DNA of 64,000 bases, from contig OZ024740.1 of the NCBI GenBank assembly GCA_964016885.1, positions 219,294,001 through 219,358,000 of the forward strand, written 5' to 3'. This DNA is from Eledone cirrhosa (lineage: Eukaryota). The notes below the pieces were generated by a model that was not told the origin of the DNA, made no database searches, and saw nothing but the letters and a program-made list of their open reading frames with translations. The translations under genes were made by a program, and so were the position numbers. Positions 1 to 11,111 of the stretch are shown here, piece by piece (within the stretch, counting starts at the first letter, position 1; every line of letters begins with the position of its first letter).

Positions 1-125
1 CTTCTTTGGAAGAAATCTGCTATATTTAGACCTGGAGAGGAGATGGACTCTGCCAGGTTTAAGAATGTCCTAGAAACATTGTATATCAATACATTACGAC
101 TCCCTCAGGAGTTACAGGACCATGC
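1..125 (+). mobile_element. 3' tail fragment of a SINE-like repeat (same tail as 4102-4372 and 18280-18545)
   Basis: tttagacctggagaggag...ctctgccaggttt...cctagaaaca matches 4285-4370 and the reverse complement of 18300-18420. Confidence 0.55.
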
Positions 126-371
126 ATGCATAAAACATAAAGTTCTTACATAAAATTATGATAAAAGGTTTTAATTTAGATATAAACCAGATTTATCACT
201 CAACTAGATACAGTTCCAGGTAAGTTGTTAACAAAAGTGTTGAGGTCTTCATACTTCAAATGTTTACTTTCAGAGGGACTCTGAGAGAAATATTGCAAGG
301 CAGAACAAGACATTTTTTGAGCATAGGGGATATAGAACACCCCTCAAATATCAAGGGAGCTGAGACATCTT

Positions 372-584
372 TTAAACCCTTTGATCCCAAACTACCTTTG
401 CCTCTATACAAGAAAACCACCCATTTTAAAGATTAATCCCTCCAATATATATTTTTATCTTTTGTTATGTTACAAATACCATCTTAATGAAATGATTAAT
501 GATTTTAGGAAATCTCTCCAAATTCTTCATTAATTAATTCAAATGCTGAGTATTTAATAAGAAATATGGAAGCAGAAGTGTTAA
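372..584. mobile_element. Old TTAA-flanked MITE (family II); further copies near 21846-22083, 24646-24997, 27074-27323, 30962-31440, 31439-32072, 45915-46640, 52882-53139
   Basis: Recurrent termini ttaaccctttcattacc... / ...ggtatcaaaagggttaa and shared internal aaattcttcatta and accatcttaat motifs; copies are diverged. Confidence 0.55.
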
Positions 585-1108
585 AGGGCAATGTGGCATC
601 AGATATTTATAGGCATTTCTTTTGTTCTCAGAGTTACAAACCAATGTATAGGCTCTGTCATGGCCATATTGTATTCTCAAAGGATATTCAATGGACAACC
701 ACCACTCTTTTTGTTAAATCAGATCGTGCCTTCAGATCAAGACATGTTTAATACAAAAAACAAACAAACAAAACAAACATAAACCACCAAGAAAGGGTTG
801 GCATCAGGAAAAGTACCTTGGCATAGAATCTGCTTTGAAAATTTCTTGTTTCTGGTTTGGAGAATGTAGCTTCTTCCCTAATCTTAGAAGCCCTGAAAGA
901 TTTCATGCACTCTTCCCCCTCTATCTAAGCCATAAAAAAGTATTCTTCTATGCTGAGACACAGTAAACTCCACTCAAGGTGTAAATTTAAACTCGTGATT
1001 CATAGGCAATTATTCCAATACATTGTCCATTCAGCCATCTTACATCTACATAGCTTAGAAAAACAGATATTATAATAACAGTATATATATTATATTATTT
1101 ATTTATGT

Positions 1109-1248
1109 TCGGATGCCATGCTTTGCAGCAAAGAGTTACAACCCTCCGAGGTTAACTTTGCCTTTCATCCTTACGGGGTCGATAAAATAAAGTACCAGTA
1201 ATACACTGGATAATTGCTGGCCTTGTGCCAAAAGTAGAAACAATTATT
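1109..1248 (+). mobile_element. tRNA-derived SINE family 1, 5'-truncated
   Basis: Central motif gaggttaactttgcctttcatccttacggggtcgataaaataaagtaccag; flanking duplication attatttatttatgtt (about 1094-1109 and 1243-1258). Confidence 0.8.
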
Positions 1249-1796
1249 TATTTATGTTAATACATGGAACAAAAATGCTGCCCAAGGTTTCAAGGCCCAA
1301 ATTTGACCATACCGCCAGAATACAAGAGGCATCAGATTTGTGACCTTCCTTCAGGTGCTATATGAGTTTATAATACACCATTAAAATTAGAGCGTGTTAA
1401 AGAAACCATGTAAGAAAAAAAGAGAGAGGTTTCTTTAGTTGTGTCAAAGGCACAACAACCTTTCTAGTATTGATGATAAAATAAAATGTTCCTAGTACAC
1501 TCTGTAAAGTTGTTGGGATAGGAAGGGTATCCAGCCATAGAAAGATGGCAAAACAAAGAATAGAGAGGACTCTTCAATTGACAACCTCTCTAGTGTTGGT
1601 GCTATGAAGAAATACACTCTGTAGCTCTGTGGCTTAGATTGGGTGTTGATTTGGTCTGTTACGACCTACCCAGCCTTGCTAGCAGGAAAAATGGATGTTA
1701 AATGATGTTGATGATATACTATCATTAATATCATCATCACTTAATGTCTGTTTTCTCTGCTAGATATATATACACATCACCACCATCACCACCACC

Positions 1797-1827
<31 letters not shown>

Positions 1828-2034
1828 GTTTTTCGATTCGTCTATTTCTCTATGCTGGCATTTTGAAACAGAATTCTAAGGCATGAGGCACCTCCTAATG
1901 TCAACTCTAATTTGTCTTCAAAGTAAGGTATTGGATCTTGGCAAGTATAAGCCTTAGAGCAGCAGAATATCTGTTTACATGGAATGTTCATTAATATCAC
2001 TGCATGCATCATCACTATCAAATGTGACGAGAAG

Positions 2035-2222
2035 AGACAGAGACAAACACACATGCATACACACACACACACACATACACAAACACATGCACACACACGC
2101 ATACACACATACACACACACATACATGCATGTGTGCACACACACTCATGCACATGCACATACACACACATACACATAAACGCACATGCACACACACAAAC
2201 ATGCACACACACATACATGTAT
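2035..2222. repeat. (CA)n/(CATA)n compound microsatellite
   Basis: Direct inspection. Confidence 0.9.
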
Positions 2223-2254
2223 ATTTCAAGTTTTCTTGCAGTTTTTGTCTCTCA

Positions 2255-2345
2255 ATTGCATTCATAAGGCATTGGTCAACCAGTTGGCTATAGTTGAAGA
2301 CACTTGCACATAAACTTCTTAACCACACAGCCATGCCTGCACCTG
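2255..2345 (-). mobile_element. tRNA/CORE-like SINE family 3 fragment; further copies near 17146-17262, 22174-22330, 34110-34245, 44780-44915, 59685-60085
   Basis: Recurrent aaggcattggtcaacc...gctatagtagaagacacttg...aaccacacagccatgcctg motif. Confidence 0.6.
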
Positions 2346-2361
2346 TATGCACATATACATA

Positions 2362-3134
2362 TCTATATATATATATAAAACTGAGGATGTCTGTCTGTGT
2401 GTGTGTGAGTTTGAATCCCTAAAACTCGAGAACCACCCAACCGACTGTTTTCAAACTTTACACATGTAATACTTATGTTTCAGGGAGTGTTCTGAGCAAA
2501 AAAAAATTTCAAATTTTCGATGCCCTTTTCAATGCCTTAGGGATCGCATTAGGCCATTTAGCGATCTCTCTCTATAATTCTTAGTCTTTCTCTTTTTAGA
2601 TAGATACATACATATAACGTCGCTCCCTTATAATATCTGTCTGTATGTCTGACTGTCTGCATTACGTCACTTCCCTGAGGATGTCTGTCTGTGTGTGTGT
2701 CTGCGAGTTTGAATCCCTAAAACACGAGAAATACTCAACTGACTTTTTTCAAACTTTACATGTGTATTACTTATGTGTCAGGGAGTGTTATGCACATAAA
2801 AATTCAACTTTTTTATGGCCTAGGGCCCGCATTAGGTGAAAAACTTTTTTTTCAGCTTTTTCAGGCTTCTTTGAGGCGTTACGTCTAGCCGATTTTCCTG
2901 AAATTTCAAGGCATATTATGCACATAAAAAAAATTCATTTTATTAATCCCCAAGGTGAAAACCTGCATTTTTCCTGCTTCATCGAGGAAAATCTTAAAGA
3001 TTATCCAGCCATCAGAGCATTCGGTTTATTTTCTTTACATATTGTCCAGGCATGCAGTTTTTCCACGATTAAGTCTGTTGGCGGCCCAAGTTCCAAAATA
3101 CCTTATCCCGTGCAATGCCAGGTACCACTGCTAG
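2362..3134 (+). mobile_element. Non-autonomous Helitron
   Basis: 5' TC(TA)nAAA terminus after A; 3' cccgtgcaatgccagg hairpin remnant then CTAG followed by T; no TSD; internal duplication of the 5' segment; second copy at 62897. Confidence 0.8.
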
Positions 3135-3261
3135 TAAACTATAAAATATAAACTAGATTTTTGTCAAATGTAAATAGGGTTAGAAAAATCTCATACATCA
3201 CTTAGCAGTGCTTACACTTCACTTTTAGACCTTTTAAATCATCATTTGAAAGAAGTATATA

Positions 3262-3702
3262 ATAAATGTTTCTACTTTAGGCACAAGGCCAGACATTTTT
3301 TTAAGAAGAGGGGAAAGTCGATTAAATCGACCCCAGTGCAATACTTGTGCTTTATTTTATCGACCCTGTAAGGATGAAAGGCAAAGTTAATCTCGGTGGG
3401 ATTTGAACTCAGACTGTAAAGGGGCGTAACTCTATGCTGCAAAACATGGCATCCAACTCTCTACCGATACTGCCAATCCACCGCCCTAAAGAAGTATATA
3501 ATAATTGTTTCTACTTTTGGCACAAGGCCAGCAATTATCGACCCCGTATATAATAATATAGAAGTATATAATAATTGTTTCTAATTTAGGCACAAGGCCA
3601 GCAATTACACAGTGCATTACTGGTACTTTATTTTATCGACCCCGTAAGGATGAAAGGCAAAGTCAACCTCGGCGGGATTTGAATTCAGATCGTAAAGGGA
3701 CG
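3262..3702 (-). mobile_element. Three tandem SINE family 1 copies (3262-3486 near full length, 3500-3547, 3571-3702)
   Basis: Reverse complement of the ctttcatccttacggggtcgataaaataaagtacc core; each copy is preceded by agaagtatataataa. Confidence 0.8.
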
Positions 3703-3968
3703 ATAATAGTAATAATGAAATGTTTGTGTACATGCTCAGGTGCACTACAACTCATCAAAGGTGCATGTATAGTACATAGAATAATGTACAAATGTCAGGA
3801 AAATGAATATTGTATGAGTCATGATATACATGTGTGCATGTGTATGGAGGGGGGATATTAGGTGTAGTGTTGGCGAATTTCAGGAAGCATGAAGGTTTTA
3901 AAGGATGCAGTATCTTGGCAGCTAACAACTGATGCAGGTAGTTTGTTCCATGCTTCAGCAATCAGTAA
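3703..3968 (-). mobile_element. CR1-group LINE 3' fragment
   Basis: Translation AWNKLPASVVSCQDTASFK matches the WNxLP...SFK ORF2 C-terminal motif of CR1/L2-group LINEs; the 3' end also occurs as a stub near 55752-55785. Confidence 0.6.
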
Positions 3969-3998
3969 CTCTATATATGTATATACACATATATGTAA

Positions 3999-3999
<1 letters not shown>

Positions 4000-4065
<66 letters not shown>

Positions 4066-4078
4066 GTGTGTGTGTGTG
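4000..4078. repeat. (TG)n microsatellite
   Basis: Direct inspection. Confidence 0.95.
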
Positions 4079-4101
4079 TATATATATATGTATATATACA
4101 T

Positions 4102-4372
4102 AGGCGGCGAATTGGCAGAGTCGTTAAGACATCGGAGAAGAATGCTTTACGGTATTCATCCCACCTCATTGCGCGCTCTGAGTTCAAATCCCGCTGTGGT
4201 CAACTTTGCCTTTTATCCTTTCGAGGTTGATAAAAAAAAGTACCAGTCTCGTACAAGGGTCGATTCTTCCTCTATAGAAAAAATTGTCTGTGTTTAGACC
4301 TGGAAAGGGTTGGGCTCTGCCAGGTTTAAAAGTGCCCTAGAAACACCATATGACAGTACCACTATGACTCCA
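4102..4372 (+). mobile_element. SINE with family-1-type core and a distinct long tail
   Basis: Head ggcggcgaattggcagagtcgttaag (A box), gagttcaaatcc (B box), core ctttgccttttatcctttcgaggttgataaa, tail shared with 1-125 and 18280-18420. Confidence 0.7.
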
Positions 4373-4514
4373 CAAGCTTTATCCCTTTATCCTTATATAT
4401 ATATATGTGTGTGTGGATGTGTGTTTATGTATATATGTATACATATATATATCATCATCATCGTTGTTTTTCTGTCTGTTTTTTTCCATGCTTCCATGTA
4501 TATACATATGTGTA

Positions 4515-5410
4515 TCTTCTTCTTCATTACCCACTTATTCCCGAGAGGGGCATGGCAACAGAGACCTCAAACACTAATTCCAGCAAGTCCTGTCAGAAGC
4601 AACCATCACCAACTTATTGGGCTGGATTCCCAAACGAGACCAGCCGAGCTCATGGATGTTATCCAACTATCTTGCTCAGAGACTACCTTTGGGTCTCCTG
4701 CCAGCTGGTTTTGCCGATAAAATCTGTTCAGCAATTCTTTCCTGAGACATTCTAACCACACCCAATTGTATCGGAGCTGTGATCTCTCAATTTGAAGAAG
4801 TAGCGGCTCCACCTAGAGTGACTCTCTAATCTCTGAGCTACACACTCTATCGAGTAACGTTACTCAAAAGACTCTTCAGAGAAACCCCATTTCAGCTGCT
4901 GTATTCGTGATCATATTCTTTCAGTCATTACCCAAGATTCATGACCATAGGTAAGGGTTGACATGCATACTGAATTGAAGATAGCGAGTTTGGCTTTTAC
5001 GCCTACCTCCCTTCTTTTGATTACTGAATGCTGAAGCTGGTGTATTACTGCACCAGCTCCTGCAATTCTTGCACTTAATTCAGCCTCCTGCCTTCTGCCT
5101 TCCATCACTCATGAACATGGCCCCCCCCAAGATACTTGAACTTCTCTACCTGCTTCAGTGGAATTCCATTCACATGTAGAGTTCACTGCACAGGTTTTCT
5201 TGAGAGGACGAGTTTTCTCAGATTCCACAGCACTGATTTTCATTCCAGCCATACAGCATTCGGCATCAAACCTATCAAGTGCAAGTTGGAGATCATCTTC
5301 TGTCGAGTTAAGTAACACCATGTTGTCTGCAAATTCCAGCCGACTGATTTTACACCCGCCATTCATGATATCACTTCGAACCCGGCTGCACATGTCAATC
5401 TTGTTCATGT
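4515..5410 (-). mobile_element. 5'-truncated, degenerate RTE LINE of Rex3/Expander type
   Basis: Fragments SRLEFADNMVLL (RT FADD-like), KAKLAIFNSVCMSTLTYGHESWVMTER, EPLLLQIERSQLR; (GAA)n tail at 4515-4525; (TA)-rich flanks. Confidence 0.85.
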
Positions 5411-5431
5411 AAATATAATATATATATGTAA

Positions 5432-5488
<57 letters not shown>

Positions 5489-6194
5489 TTATATTTGAAC
5501 AGAGACCAGAGTAATAAAGAAGCTGGCAAAATATCTATAAACATTGCTTATAAACTATGCTTTTCTTTCTCTTTCTTTCCTTTTTATAATTTCCATTTTT
5601 TTCTCTTCTGTTGGTTGAATTCCAGTAGTTTCTCAAAGACTGTCTGATAGTGTTGTTGTCCTTCTGGCAGCTGGCCAATTTCCAATTAATTCTTCATTGC
5701 TTACTGCTCTGTCTCTTTGTCTTTTCATAGGTGAGCGACCATTTAAGAAGAGAAAAGAATTCAAATTATTTTCATACTCCTCAATGATTTCAAAGACTTT
5801 TCGTTTTGTAATTAGTTTTTAATTTTTGAGAATGTGATTTTCTATGTGTATGTAATGCACTGTTTGTTTTAAAAGCAATGTACTATAACCATTATGGTCT
5901 TCTTCCTTTTCCTCCTCAACATAATCATCCTCGTCATTACTGTCATCATAATTCGCCACCATCTTCATCATCACTACATTATCTTCAGCATCATATCTCT
6001 TATCATGTTTGCCATTCATTTCTTGATGTTCAATGTAAGAGAATTTTTCGATATTGTTTTACTTCAGTGCATACTATTTCGGTTAAGATTTCACCCTATC
6101 AACAGAAACAATCTTGAATCAGCTTCTACCTACCTCATCATATGTCATTTCTCATATCTAACTGATATGTCTAGTTTAGGAAACTAAAAGTATC

Positions 6195-6638
6195 TTCATC
6201 ATCATCATCATCATCAATGTCATTATATTCATTATCATTATTTTTATATTTATCATTATTGTCATCATCATCATCACCATCATCGTTATCATAATACACC
6301 CCCTCCTCCTCTCCCCTCCCCCTCCTCCTCCTCATCATCATCAATGCCATTATCATCATTATCATTATTTTCATATTCATCATCATTGTTATTATCATCA
6401 TCATTGTTATCATCCTTATCATCATCCTCATCATCGTCATCATCATTATTTTTATATTTATCATCATTGTCATCATCATCATCATCACCATCATCATCAT
6501 CATCGTCATCATTATCAGCATCATCATCATTAACATTATCGTCATCATCACCATTATCATCATCATCATCAACATTAACATTATCGTCATCATCACCATT
6601 ATCATCATCATCATCAACATTAACATTATAATCATCAT
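6195..6638. repeat. Degenerate (CAT)n low-complexity tract
   Basis: Direct inspection; explains the poly-Met/Ile/Ser/Asp ORFs. Confidence 0.9.
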
Positions 6639-6828
6639 TGGATTGGCAGAATCGGTAGAGGGTCAGACGCCATGCTTTGACGCATAGAGTTACGTCCCTT
6701 TACGATCTGAGTTCAAATCCCGCCGAGGTTAACTTTGCCTTTCATCCTTACAGGGTCGATAAAATAAAGTACCAGTAATACACTGGGATAATTGCTAGCC
6801 TTGTGCCAAAAGTAGAAACAATTATTAT
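6639..6828 (+). mobile_element. SINE family 1, near full length; similar copies at 14822-15007, 19262-19475, 20519-20668, 31070-31275 (two tandem halves), 31541-31675
   Basis: ggattggcagaatcggtagag head, ctgagttcaaatccc B box, core motif, gtagaaacaattatt tail; TSD-like repeats at 14810/15002 and 20499/20665. Confidence 0.85.
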
Positions 6829-7081
6829 TGTCATTATCATTATCATTTTACGCCTTCTTTTTCCATATTTGCATGGGTTGAATGAGACATTTTGAGGCAG
6901 GTTTTCCTGACCCTATTCCATACCATCATTTGAACAAGGTATATACACCACTGATGCTTGTGTAATCGTTACACTGCTGGACATATTGTTTATGAGGTGC
7001 ATAAAGAAATATTATTGCTGACTTTTATAAAGAGAGTTGATGTGACATTTCCAGCAACACACACACACACACATATATATA

Positions 7082-7457
7082 TCGTCATCATCATCATCAT
7101 CATCGTTTAACGTCTATCTTCCACACTAGCATGGGTTTAGATGGGAGTTGTCCCACGTGATGCAAGATTGGTTGTCTTGCTCGTATAAGACTGTCTGGCG
7201 GGTTTTCTATGGCTGGATGCCCTTCCTAACACCACCCACGTTTACAGTGTGGACTGGGAGGTTTTTACCGTGTTACCTACACGGCCACATTACAGCGTGG
7301 ACTGTGTGTTTTTTTGTCGTGACACCTACACGACCTCATTTATTTAGGACTGGATTTTGTGGCACCGACATAACTTTATGTGTAGATGGGGGTGGGGGTA
7401 ACGTTTCGCTTTGTACTTAGGCAAAGCTGGTCTTCTGTATTACTGCATAGCGCCAAA
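7082..7457 (-). mobile_element. RTE lineage B 3'UTR fragment (a shorter one lies at 36292-36438)
   Basis: Reverse complement matches the 3'UTR of the LINEs at 26690-27070 and 58390-58778, including the (GAT)n tail. Confidence 0.85.
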
Positions 7458-7461
7458 TATA

Positions 7462-7798
7462 TCATCATCATCATCATCATTTCATTTTACATCCACTTTT
7501 CCCTGCTTGCAAGGGTGGGACGGGAACTGATGTTGGCTTGATTTCTACAGCTGGATGCCCTTCCTAACGCCAACCTCATTTACAGTGAGTGCTGGGTGCT
7601 TTTTTGCCGTGGCACCTCCACGACCACTTTGCAGTGGGATGATAGGGACCCCAGTCCCTATCATCTCATTTCTACAGCTGAGTAAACTGGAGCAATGTGA
7701 AATAAAGTGCCTTGCTCAAGGAAACAATACATCACTCGGTCTGAGAATTGAACTCACAACCTTTTGATTGCAAGGCCAATGCTCTAACCACTAAGCCA
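7462..7798 (-). mobile_element. CORE-SINE with RTE-derived tail
   Basis: tRNA-like head tggcttagtggttag...gagttcaattc; CORE-like ccttgagcaaggcactttatttcacattgctccagtttactcagctgtagaaatgag; RTE 3'UTR modules and (GAT)n tail. Confidence 0.85.
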
Positions 7799-8248
7799 TA
7801 TATATATACAAGTAAAAGCTTAGTAAAATCGAAGCTTTGGTTGTGGCCAAGTTAACAACCTACAATTAGGAATGAGCAGCAAAGCACTCAATAAGGTAGG
7901 TCTTAGAGTAATAACATACGTTTAGACAGCTTGACAAATTGAAAATTGTGGCAGGCAGACCTAGCCACACAATACCAAAAACAACAAAAAAACTAATTTC
8001 GAGATGTCTAAAAAAAGTCGGGTCTGTCACCTTGATTGTTCCCTGAGCTGGTCAATATTGAATTAATTGTAATATGCAAATAAAGTTTGTACGTATGCTG
8101 CAACACTGACTTCCACTCTTTTAAATCTATTTACACTCAGCACACTACAGTTGTAACACTGGAATACAGCCCTAATGAAACAGACCTCGTAACAGCATTG
8201 AGTTCTTTGAACTGCACGCCACCTGTAACTGTTGTTACACACCTAACT

Positions 8249-8294
<46 letters not shown>

Positions 8295-8338
8295 GATACA
8301 TATATATATATATGAATATACATATATATATACATCTA

Positions 8339-8370
<32 letters not shown>

Positions 8371-8372
<2 letters not shown>

Positions 8373-8562
8373 AGAAAGTATGACCCCGACGCCAGAGCTC
8401 AGGCCGTTTCGACGGCTATTTCTGGACATAGAAATAGCCGTCGAAACGGCTTGAGCTCTGCCATCGGGGTCATACTTTCTCCTATTACCCACTCTACTAC
8501 CCTAAGTATTGAGTACACTGGTGCATTATGGTCCATCTGGTTCCTTACCACAACTCCTTTGT
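8371..8562 (+). mobile_element. Fold-back element with one-sided tail in (TA)n (second copy 40191-40360)
   Basis: Inverted arms 8368-8423 / 8430-8485, about 77-nt unique tail, (TA)n on both sides. Confidence 0.75.
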
Positions 8563-8640
8563 TATATATATATGTTAATTAGCAGTGTTAGTGTGAAAAC
8601 ATATATTTTTTCAATATATATATATATATATATATATATA

Positions 8641-9532
8641 CAGGGTGTGGACGATATTTGTTCGCAATTTTCAACTGCTAATTTTATGCAAATTTTTTTT
8701 ACTTCCGTTGTCACTCTTGTCTTCATAAAAACAGTGACTATATGTCCATTATTAATTTTCAGGATAATTGATTATGAATAATTTTGAACCTCCAAATTTG
8801 TGGAAGAGACACAGAGTTCTTCTTGGAATCCGCACCGGGAGGACAAATAAGACCAGAAGATCAACTCCCAGAACAACAGGTGGCTCGCTGTCTCATCCAA
8901 AGACGTGCCCTGAGTCATGCAGACAAAGTTTCCAGTGACAACATTGGTCTTAGGTGTCGTCAGCAGTCAAGGTGACGCCATGCCACCTCACTTCTTCCCT
9001 GAGGGCCTCAAGCTGAACACGATGGCTAGATCTGCGTTCTAAGTGAGGTAGTAAAGCCCTGGATTGACCAGGTAGCTGAAGGTAGGCCGTACGTGTGGCA
9101 GCAAGACTCAGGGCCCTGCCATACCAGCCAAAAGACCCAAGCCTGGCTGTCAGAGAACTTCGTCGACTACACTTCACCTGACATCTGGCCTCCCAGCTCG
9201 CCTGATTGCAACCCCCTCGACTTCTTTGTGTGGGGCGCAGTGGAACGAGACACCAACAGATCTAGCTGCAATACGAAAGACGATCCGAAGGCCAGGATCA
9301 CAAGTGCCTTTAGGGGCCTAAGTCGGGGGACAGTGACGAAGGCCTGTAGCCGGTTCCGAGGCCGCCTTGAGGCCGTCATCAAAGCCAATGGCAGGTTTAT
9401 CGAGTGAGATCGAAGGAACAAGTCATGAAGACAAACTGACCCAAGTTTGATAAATATATCTTAAAAAATAAAACTACTGTGTTATTTTTTCCCTAGACAG
9501 TAATCTTGCGAACAGATATCGTCCGCACTCTG
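8641..9532 (+). mobile_element. Internally deleted Tc1/mariner element, DD37D (maT) family
   Basis: TIRs cagggtgtggacgatatttgttcgcaa / ttgcgaacagatatcgtccgcactctg; TA on both sides; transposase remnant. Confidence 0.9.
9093..9407 (+). pseudogene. C-terminal part of a DD37D transposase
   Basis: WQQDSGPCH...WPPSSPDCNPLDFFVW with 37 residues between the second and third catalytic Asp; upstream part frameshifted and deleted. Confidence 0.85.
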
Positions 9533-9950
9533 TATATATATACACACTAGCACTGCTAATTAACTTTGCTCTTTGAAGTCTGCACAATATACAAATGAAC
9601 ATATATATATATATAAATGTATATATATCATTGTTTAGTGATGAGGATATGCATAAGCATATTAAAAAAGATTCAGTCCAACATATTTTATTCCCCATCA
9701 TGCATAAATTAATCATAGAATTGAGCTGATTGTGAGCATTTAAAGCTCCAAGCTGGTTATTTGTGAAACAGATGTTATGTATGATTATGAATAAAATATG
9801 GGTGACTTGCAACTTCAACCTATTTTTCATAATATAAAATTTCTGCATATTACGCTTAAAACAAACAGATGTTGGTATTAATTCACACTTTTTATACTGA
9901 ATATCCAGTTCACATAAAATTATAATGTCTGTGTATAAATATATATGGCC

Positions 9951-9992
<42 letters not shown>

Positions 9993-10108
9993 GGATACTA
10001 TTTATGGTTATGTATATACTAAAACTTTTTATAGTTATATATATTTTAAACCCTAAACAGTGAAGGTCAGTAATTTATTATTACCTTATGTGTACAAACA
10101 TTGAAAAA

Positions 10109-10155
10109 TGCTCTGAAGACTCCAAGCCTAGGTTTGGATGAAACAATTGTAAGTG
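10109..10155 (+). ncRNA. Minimal type-I hammerhead ribozyme motif
   Basis: tgct-CTGAAGA-c-tccaagc/ctag/gtttgga-t-GAA-ACAATTGT-A-agtg; palindromic stem III; AATAAA at 10156; within a (TA)n-flanked segment 9985-10194. Confidence 0.65.
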
Positions 10156-10190
10156 AATAAATGCTTTGAACATAGCTTTGATTCTTGTGA

Positions 10191-10222
<32 letters not shown>

Positions 10223-10225
<3 letters not shown>

Positions 10226-10627
10226 GGTGTTGATTGCTTAAAGCGTCCGTATGCGGTAGGGTGTATGAGCACTCGATGCTTTCATAGAGCAGAGTATATC
10301 GCAGAAAAAAAGAGAATCAGTGTTGCGACGAATGAAATTTATTGGACATATTACAATCATTTCTCTGGCAACCAGCTCGAGGCATGATCGATTTGATGAT
10401 CGAACCTGACTCTGAAAATTGCAAGGCCCTCAGATACGTCTTGATTCTACAAAGCAGATTTTCCTAGGAAAATGAAAATCTGCTTCATAGAATCAAGACG
10501 TATCTGAGGACCTTGCGATTTTCAGAGTTAGGTTCGATCATCAAATCTATCGTGCTGGTCGCCAGAGAAACGATTGTAATATGTCCAATAAATTCCATTC
10601 GCCACAACACTGATTCTCTTTTTTTCT

Positions 10628-10631
<4 letters not shown>
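10223..10631. mobile_element. Fold-back element with one-sided tail in (TA)n, Penelope-like pseudo-LTR relic
   Basis: About 165-bp inverted arms 10295-10463 / 10474-10636, unique 70-nt segment on the left, hammerhead motif in the arms. Confidence 0.7.
10497..10585 (+). ncRNA. Type-I hammerhead ribozyme motif with extended stem II
   Basis: Stem I gacgtat/atatgtc; CTGAGGA 10504-10510; stem II cttgcgat/gtcgccag; GAA-ACGATTGT-A; AATAAA at 10587. Confidence 0.7.
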
Positions 10632-10662
<31 letters not shown>

Positions 10663-10665
<3 letters not shown>

Positions 10666-11088
10666 TTAGTAATTAGAACATTGAGCTTGTAATCGAAAGG
10701 TTGTGAGTTCAATTCTCGGACCGGGTGATGTGTTGTTTCCTTGAGCAAGACACTTTATTTCACATTGCTCCAGTTTACTCAGCTGTAGAAATGAGATGAT
10801 AGGACTGGAGTCCCTATTATTCCACTGCAAAGTGGTCGTGAAGGTGTCACAACAAAAAAAGCACCCAGCCCACACTGTAAAGTGGTCGTGTAGGTGCCAC
10901 GGAAAGAAAGCACCCAGCACTCACTGTAAATGAGGTTGGTGTTAGGAAGGGCATCCAGCTGTAGAAATCAAGCCAGAATCAGTTCCCGTATGAGCAAGAC
11001 ATGGTCAGCTGACCGGACACTGCCCACAACAGGATGACCCATCTAACCTATGCTAGCGTGGAGGAATGGACGTAAAACGGTGATGTGA
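10663..11088 (+). mobile_element. CORE-SINE whose 3' ~265 nt match the RTE lineage A 3'UTR
   Basis: Head and CORE as at 7462; 10822-11088 aligns to 11693-11963. Confidence 0.85.
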
Positions 11089-11111
11089 TATATATATATA
11101 TATATATATAT

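Noticed and set aside
5731-5822. C2H2 zinc-finger gene exon from GERPFK
   Set aside because: No C-x2-C or His pair follows, so it is not called as a CDS and is kept only as one reading of a splice-signal finding
8172-8222. CTAATGA-stem-GAAC as a hammerhead
   Set aside because: Two core mismatches, no stem I and no stem III
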